Source: Hadesarchaea archaeon
GTDB lineage: Archaea > Hadarchaeota > Hadarchaeia > Hadarchaeales > Hadarchaeaceae
NCBI GenBank assembly: GCA_029259175.1
Contig: JAPDJH010000009.1
Coordinates: 1-64,000, forward strand
Direction of reading: 5' to 3'
DNA: 64,000 bases
Both the position numbers and the translations under genes were made by a program. Numbering within the stretch: the stretch's first letter is position 1; each line of letters starts with the position of its first letter. The notes below the pieces were generated by a model. It saw only the letters and a list, made by a program, of their open reading frames with translations. It did no database searches and was not told the origin of the DNA. Below are positions 60,070 through 64,000 of this stretch, one piece after another.

Positions 60070-61122
60070 CTAACGCATTACCATAGCCATGACAGCTTTC
60101 TGAACGTGTAAGCGGTTCTCGGCCTCCTCGAAATAGAGCGAGCGCTCGTAGGAATCCAAGACCTCATCCGTTACCTCTTGGCCACGATCGGCAGGCCCGC
60201 AGTGCATGTAATAGGCGCGGTTGGTGACATCCAGCAGCTCGCGGGTGCAGATCCAGTCCTTGAACTGCTCCTGGTAGCGCTTGGCGCCCTCCTTGTCGAC
60301 TTGGCTGTTGTGTGGTGGGAAGAAGCTCTTGGGAGACCATGCCTTGGGATAGACAAAGTCGGCGCCCTCGAAGGCTTCCTTCATATCGTTGACTATTTCA
60401 AAACTTCCCCCGTAGCGATCGGCGTTCTCGCGCGCGGCTTGGATAACGCTGTCTTCTAGCTCGAATCCCTTGGGGTGGGCCAAGACTACATCCATTCCGA
60501 ACTGGGTGGTAATGAGGACTTCGCTCTGCGGAACCGCTAGAGGCTTGAGACCCCCTGAATAGGCGTAGGACACCACGAATTTCTTTCCTTGTAGATTTGG
60601 CTCAGCTTCGCGAGCTGCCATGATGTCCGCGAGAGCCTGAAACGGATGATAGAGATCATCCTCCATGTTGAGCACCGGAATGTCGGCCCACCGCGCGAAT
60701 TCCTCTATGATGCGATGTCCACGACCGATGACCCATTTTGCAGGATCTCCATAAATGCGTATGGCTATCGCATCACCATAGCGACTGAGCACCCGAGCAA
60801 CGTCCGAGATGGCCTCGGTGGCATAGGGGACCATGTCTTCTGGGAGAGTGGGAGTGTAGAGGTCATTCGGGCTAAGGAAGTGTCCGTGACCGCCGAGCTG
60901 ATAAATGCCCGCCTCGAAAGAGTTCCTTGTGCGGAGGGAGCGATTATAGAAGATCATGAACAGCGTGCGACCGGATAGATAAGTGGTGGGTTCCCGTTTT
61001 CGAAAGCGTTGTTTGAGATCTGCTGCCGCGTCAAGGATCGCTTTGATTTCCTCTTGGGTGAAGTCTTGGGTGTTGAGGAAGTCCTTGCCGGCCATCCTCC
61101 CCACATACGATGGTGTTGCCAA
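60070..61122 (-). CDS. Transcarbamylase (AOTC/YgeW-like member of the OTC family)
   Basis: SLRTRNSF, HPFQALAD, KPLAVPQS, HCGPADRG.EV. Confidence 0.85.
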   Translation of the reverse strand: MATPSYVGRMAGKDFLNTQDFTQEEIKAILDAAADLKQRFRKREPTTYLSGRTLFMIFYNRSLRTRNSFEAGIYQLGGHGHFLSPNDLYTPTLPEDMVPYATEAISDVARVLSRYGDAIAIRIYGDPAKWVIGRGHRIIEEFARWADIPVLNMEDDLYHPFQALADIMAAREAEPNLQGKKFVVSYAYSGGLKPLAVPQSEVLITTQFGMDVVLAHPKGFELEDSVIQAARENADRYGGSFEIVNDMKEAFEGADFVYPKAWSPKSFFPPHNSQVDKEGAKRYQEQFKDWICTRELLDVTNRAYYMHCGPADRGQEVTDEVLDSYERSLYFEEAENRLHVQKAVMAMVMR

Positions 61123-61264
61123 TTTTCCACCTGCTAATTCCAGAGAGCCCCTAAATTTAAAGGTGATGGTGCAGGACCGCTGGCCGCTGAGATCAGCTTA
61201 CACGACCAAATAAAGAACTCAAAAATGAATAAACCACCAAATTCCCAAAAGTAATGTGACGTCA

Positions 61265-61939
61265 ATGAAGCTCATTTATGATGGAAAGACAAAGCGGGTC
61301 TTTCGTCGCGGGCGATTCCTAGTTTTTCGCTTCAAGGATACTGTGCTCGGCCACTCTCCGGGTAAACCCGATCCGGGAGGAAACCGGGTTATTGGCCGTC
61401 TCCCAGGAAAGGCCGAGTTAGCCACTGCCACTGCCGTGTTTTTCTTCAAGCTTCTTCATGGCCATGGTATTCGCACTCACTTTGTCCGACAGCTTTCACC
61501 AATAGATATCGAAGTTTTCAAAACAGAACCGATTCCGTTGGAAGTGATCTACCGCAAGTCTGCTTATGGGAGTTTCTTGCGCCGATATCGCGGTTTCGTG
61601 AAACCTTTCTGCAAATTGGATATGGTGGAATTCACGCTAAAAAGTGATGAGCTGGGAGATCCGCTGATAACTCGCTCGGCGATCGAGCGCCTTCGAATAG
61701 CCACCCAAAAAGAGCTCCAAAACATGGAGCAAACCACACGTCGCGCGGCGAGGGTTCTCGCTACAGCGCTTGCAGATCGGGGGCTTGAATTGGTTGATTT
61801 CAAGCTGGAGTTCGGACGTTACGCTAAGAGACTAATAGTGATCGATGCGCTCAACGCGGATTCGATGCGCGTGGCTGATAAGCGCAGACGGATTCTCGGT
61901 CACCGCGAGCTGGCACGTCGGCTGGGTGTAAGCAAATGA
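61265..61939 (+). CDS. purC: SAICAR synthetase
   Basis: YDGKTK, FKD, PLEVIYR..YGSF, LVDFKLEFG. Confidence 0.9.
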   Translation: MKLIYDGKTKRVFRRGRFLVFRFKDTVLGHSPGKPDPGGNRVIGRLPGKAELATATAVFFFKLLHGHGIRTHFVRQLSPIDIEVFKTEPIPLEVIYRKSAYGSFLRRYRGFVKPFCKLDMVEFTLKSDELGDPLITRSAIERLRIATQKELQNMEQTTRRAARVLATALADRGLELVDFKLEFGRYAKRLIVIDALNADSMRVADKRRRILGHRELARRLGVSK

Positions 61940-62664
61940 AAGTCATCGATACGCACGCACATCTGGAGGAGCTAAACGATGTACAACGGGCTCTTGCAGA
62001 AGCGCGCGAGGCAGGAGTGATAAAGATTGTTGGAGTTGGATCGGATAGCAAATCCAATCAACGAATACTAGCGCTTGCAAAACAGTTTTCTGAGATGGTT
62101 GTGCCAGCCCTCGGCCTCCACCCGTGGAATCTTGAACACGACCCAGCTGAGGAAATCAAATTCATTGAAGTTCACATCGATGAGTGCATCGCTCTTGGAG
62201 AAGTCGGGATGGACTACTGGATCGATCGGGATCAAGAGCTCCAGCGAAGAACCCTCGAAACAATTCTGAAAATAGCTGTAGAACACGACAAACCTGCAAT
62301 TCTTCACAGCCGGGGCGCGTGGCAGGACGTGTTCGAGCTCGTTCGGGAAAGTAATATAGAACGGGCGATCTTTCACTGGTACAGCGGACCAATAGACTTG
62401 CTTCACCAAATTCTGGATTTAGGGTACTATATCTCCGCTACTCCAGCAGCCGAGTACAGTCGACACCACCAGCGCGCAATCGTCGAAACACCCATTGAGC
62501 GCATAGTGCTGGAAACCGATACACCGGTTAACTATCGGGGGATGGAAGCCAGGCCTGTGCACGTGCTTCGCAGTTTGAATGCGGTCGCAAAACTGAAGGA
62601 GCTCTCCCCGGAAGAAGTGGCTGAAATCACCACGCGTAATGCAATCCAGGTGTTTCGCCTGTGA
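61936..62664 (+). CDS. tatD: TatD-family hydrolase
   Basis: DTHAH, GLHP, GEVGMDY, HSR, ETD.P. Confidence 0.93.
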   Translation: MKVIDTHAHLEELNDVQRALAEAREAGVIKIVGVGSDSKSNQRILALAKQFSEMVVPALGLHPWNLEHDPAEEIKFIEVHIDECIALGEVGMDYWIDRDQELQRRTLETILKIAVEHDKPAILHSRGAWQDVFELVRESNIERAIFHWYSGPIDLLHQILDLGYYISATPAAEYSRHHQRAIVETPIERIVLETDTPVNYRGMEARPVHVLRSLNAVAKLKELSPEEVAEITTRNAIQVFRL

Positions 62665-62706
62665 AAAAGGCAAAAGTTATAACACCCCTATACTCACCTT
62701 CTAAAG

Positions 62707-63201
62707 ATGAACAAATCGAATGCTGACCAACGCGTGCTCCTCTACGATCCACAGCGTTGTACCGGTTGTCGTTGCTGCGAGATGGCGTGTGCCTATCAGA
62801 ACTTCGGCTCGCTCACGCCAATAAAAAGCCACATCCGGATAATCGCGAGCGAGGATGGAATCCACCGCGATGCCGTGTACTGCTGGCACTGCGAGGAACC
62901 GGTGTGTGCCGCGGCATGTCCGGTGGATGCGATAGAAAAGGACGAGCGCACGGGCTGGGTGCGGGTGAATCCGCTTAAATGCATCGGCTGTCGATCGTGC
63001 ACATATGCATGTCCTGTGGCTGCCGCATGGTTCGATGAAGATCGGCGGACGGCTGCGAAGTGCACCTTCTGTGACGGGGATCCGCTCTGTGCCCGTTTCT
63101 GCTCGCCACAAGCCATACGAGTCGCCACCCGAGCGGAGGCCTCAGCCGCGCTCAAACAAATTCTCGGAGGTGCCGCGAGTGGAGGCGGAACGAGTCCTTA
63201 A
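62707..63201 (+). CDS. 4Fe-4S polyferredoxin (DmsB/CooF-like)
   Basis: CTGCRCCEMAC, CWHC..C..ACP, CIGCRSC..ACP, KCTFC..C..CS. Confidence 0.92.
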   Translation: MNKSNADQRVLLYDPQRCTGCRCCEMACAYQNFGSLTPIKSHIRIIASEDGIHRDAVYCWHCEEPVCAAACPVDAIEKDERTGWVRVNPLKCIGCRSCTYACPVAAAWFDEDRRTAAKCTFCDGDPLCARFCSPQAIRVATRAEASAALKQILGGAASGGGTSP

Positions 63202-63823
63202 AGCTGCTGGAGCAATCCAGGTGGTAAAAAAACGTGATCGAAAAGTGGAAGCCGCGATCAGGCCCGACCGTATACGGACGGTTGCAAGCAAGTTGTGTTC
63301 CCATGGCGCACGTTTCATCATCATTGCCGCGGCGGATTCGGGGCTCGATATCGACTTGATCTATCACTTTGATTTGGATGGGCTAGTAGTTGCTGTAAAA
63401 ACGAGAGTGCCTAAAGAGTCCCCAGAAATCGACTCAATAAAGGATATAGTGCCCGGAGCTGAATGGGCTGAGCGCGAAGCTTCAGATCTCTGCGGTGTAC
63501 GCTTCCGCGGGGGCACAAACGAGCCATTGGTTCTTCCCAAAGAGGGTGCTCTGGAGACTCCTCCTCTCACGCGAGCGTTTCGGGTGCTGCCAGCCGAGGT
63601 GGCCCCCGTGGCGGAGTCCATTGCGAGCGTTGGGGCAACAGCCCCGCTGACTTCGCTTATGGAGCGCCGACGCCAAGAGGCAGGACTCGAGGCCAAAGCA
63701 CCCATGGTCTACGCCACCGAAAAGGGGACTAAGGAATTGACAGAACTGATCAAGCAAGCCAGCTTCACCGAGCGCGGAGGGTTCGATCCCGAGCGTAAAA
63801 AGTTGAGAGGTGTGTACAAGTGA
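63179..63823 (+). CDS. NuoC/hydrogenase subunit C-like protein with C-terminal extension
   Basis: LIYHFD, IDSI..PGAEWAEREASDLCGVRF.G. Confidence 0.8.
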   Translation: MEAERVLKAAGAIQVVKKRDRKVEAAIRPDRIRTVASKLCSHGARFIIIAAADSGLDIDLIYHFDLDGLVVAVKTRVPKESPEIDSIKDIVPGAEWAEREASDLCGVRFRGGTNEPLVLPKEGALETPPLTRAFRVLPAEVAPVAESIASVGATAPLTSLMERRRQEAGLEAKAPMVYATEKGTKELTELIKQASFTERGGFDPERKKLRGVYK

Positions 63824-64000
63824 AGGAGTACGCTGTCTACTGGGGCTGCATGATTCCTCATCGTCTGCCCTCGATAGAAATCGCGGCCAGATATGTGCTC
63901 GAAAAGCTTGGTGTTCGGGTGCGCGAGGTTGAAAACTACACTTGTTGCCCGGATCCGATCATTGGGCGATTTATCGATAGAAAAACTGCCCTGACACTTT
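63820..64000 (+). CDS. hdrB: Heterodisulfide reductase subunit B (5' part, runs off the window)
   Basis: YAVYWGCMIPHRLP..E, TCCPDP. Confidence 0.85.
   Translation, partial: MKEYAVYWGCMIPHRLPSIEIAARYVLEKLGVRVREVENYTCCPDPIIGRFIDRKTALTL

Noticed and set aside
61160-61210. Hairpin upstream of purC as a riboswitch
   Set aside because: Only a short GCTGA/TCAGC stem; no match to purine, ZTP or PRPP aptamer consensus

Overview
Archaeal chromosomal segment. The exosome/proteasome superoperon, SepRS, methanogen-type SerRS, KEOPS, tungstate ABC transporter and HdrB suggest an anaerobic Euryarchaeota-related lineage, plausibly Hadarchaeota (inference only). About 1-17 kb is an accessory/defence region. 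It holds a small Cas2/VapD-like ORF associated with three copies of an 18-bp palindrome, a wHTH-fused LigD-type primase-polymerase with an unannotated zinc-finger gene, toxin-antitoxin pairs, and two AAA_14/DUF4143 ATPases. It also holds a type IIG R-M gene overlapping a rhomboid protease, IS6-like/GGCT/HEPN relics, and a 104-bp duplication of the sepS 3' end. About 20-53 kb is mostly housekeeping (tyw1, pfdB, exosome, psmA, rpl15e, glmU/glmM, rps3ae, serS, GAN, rps15, KEOPS, rps27ae, rps24e), interrupted by a surface-protein island, a DHH/Sm-like/Clp1 insertion and tupABC. The last 11 kb has Lhr, an HD hydrolase, a stand-alone CARF protein divergent from a membrane-anchored wHTH protein, thrC, a transcarbamylase, purC, tatD and the start of a ferredoxin/NuoC-like/HdrB cluster. 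No tRNA, rRNA or true CRISPR array was recognised. The best candidates for an undescribed system are the palindrome/Cas2-like/PrimPol locus, the orphan CARF module, the R-M + rhomboid pair and the DHH/Sm/Clp1 module. All family calls come from reading motifs by eye; no database searches were run.
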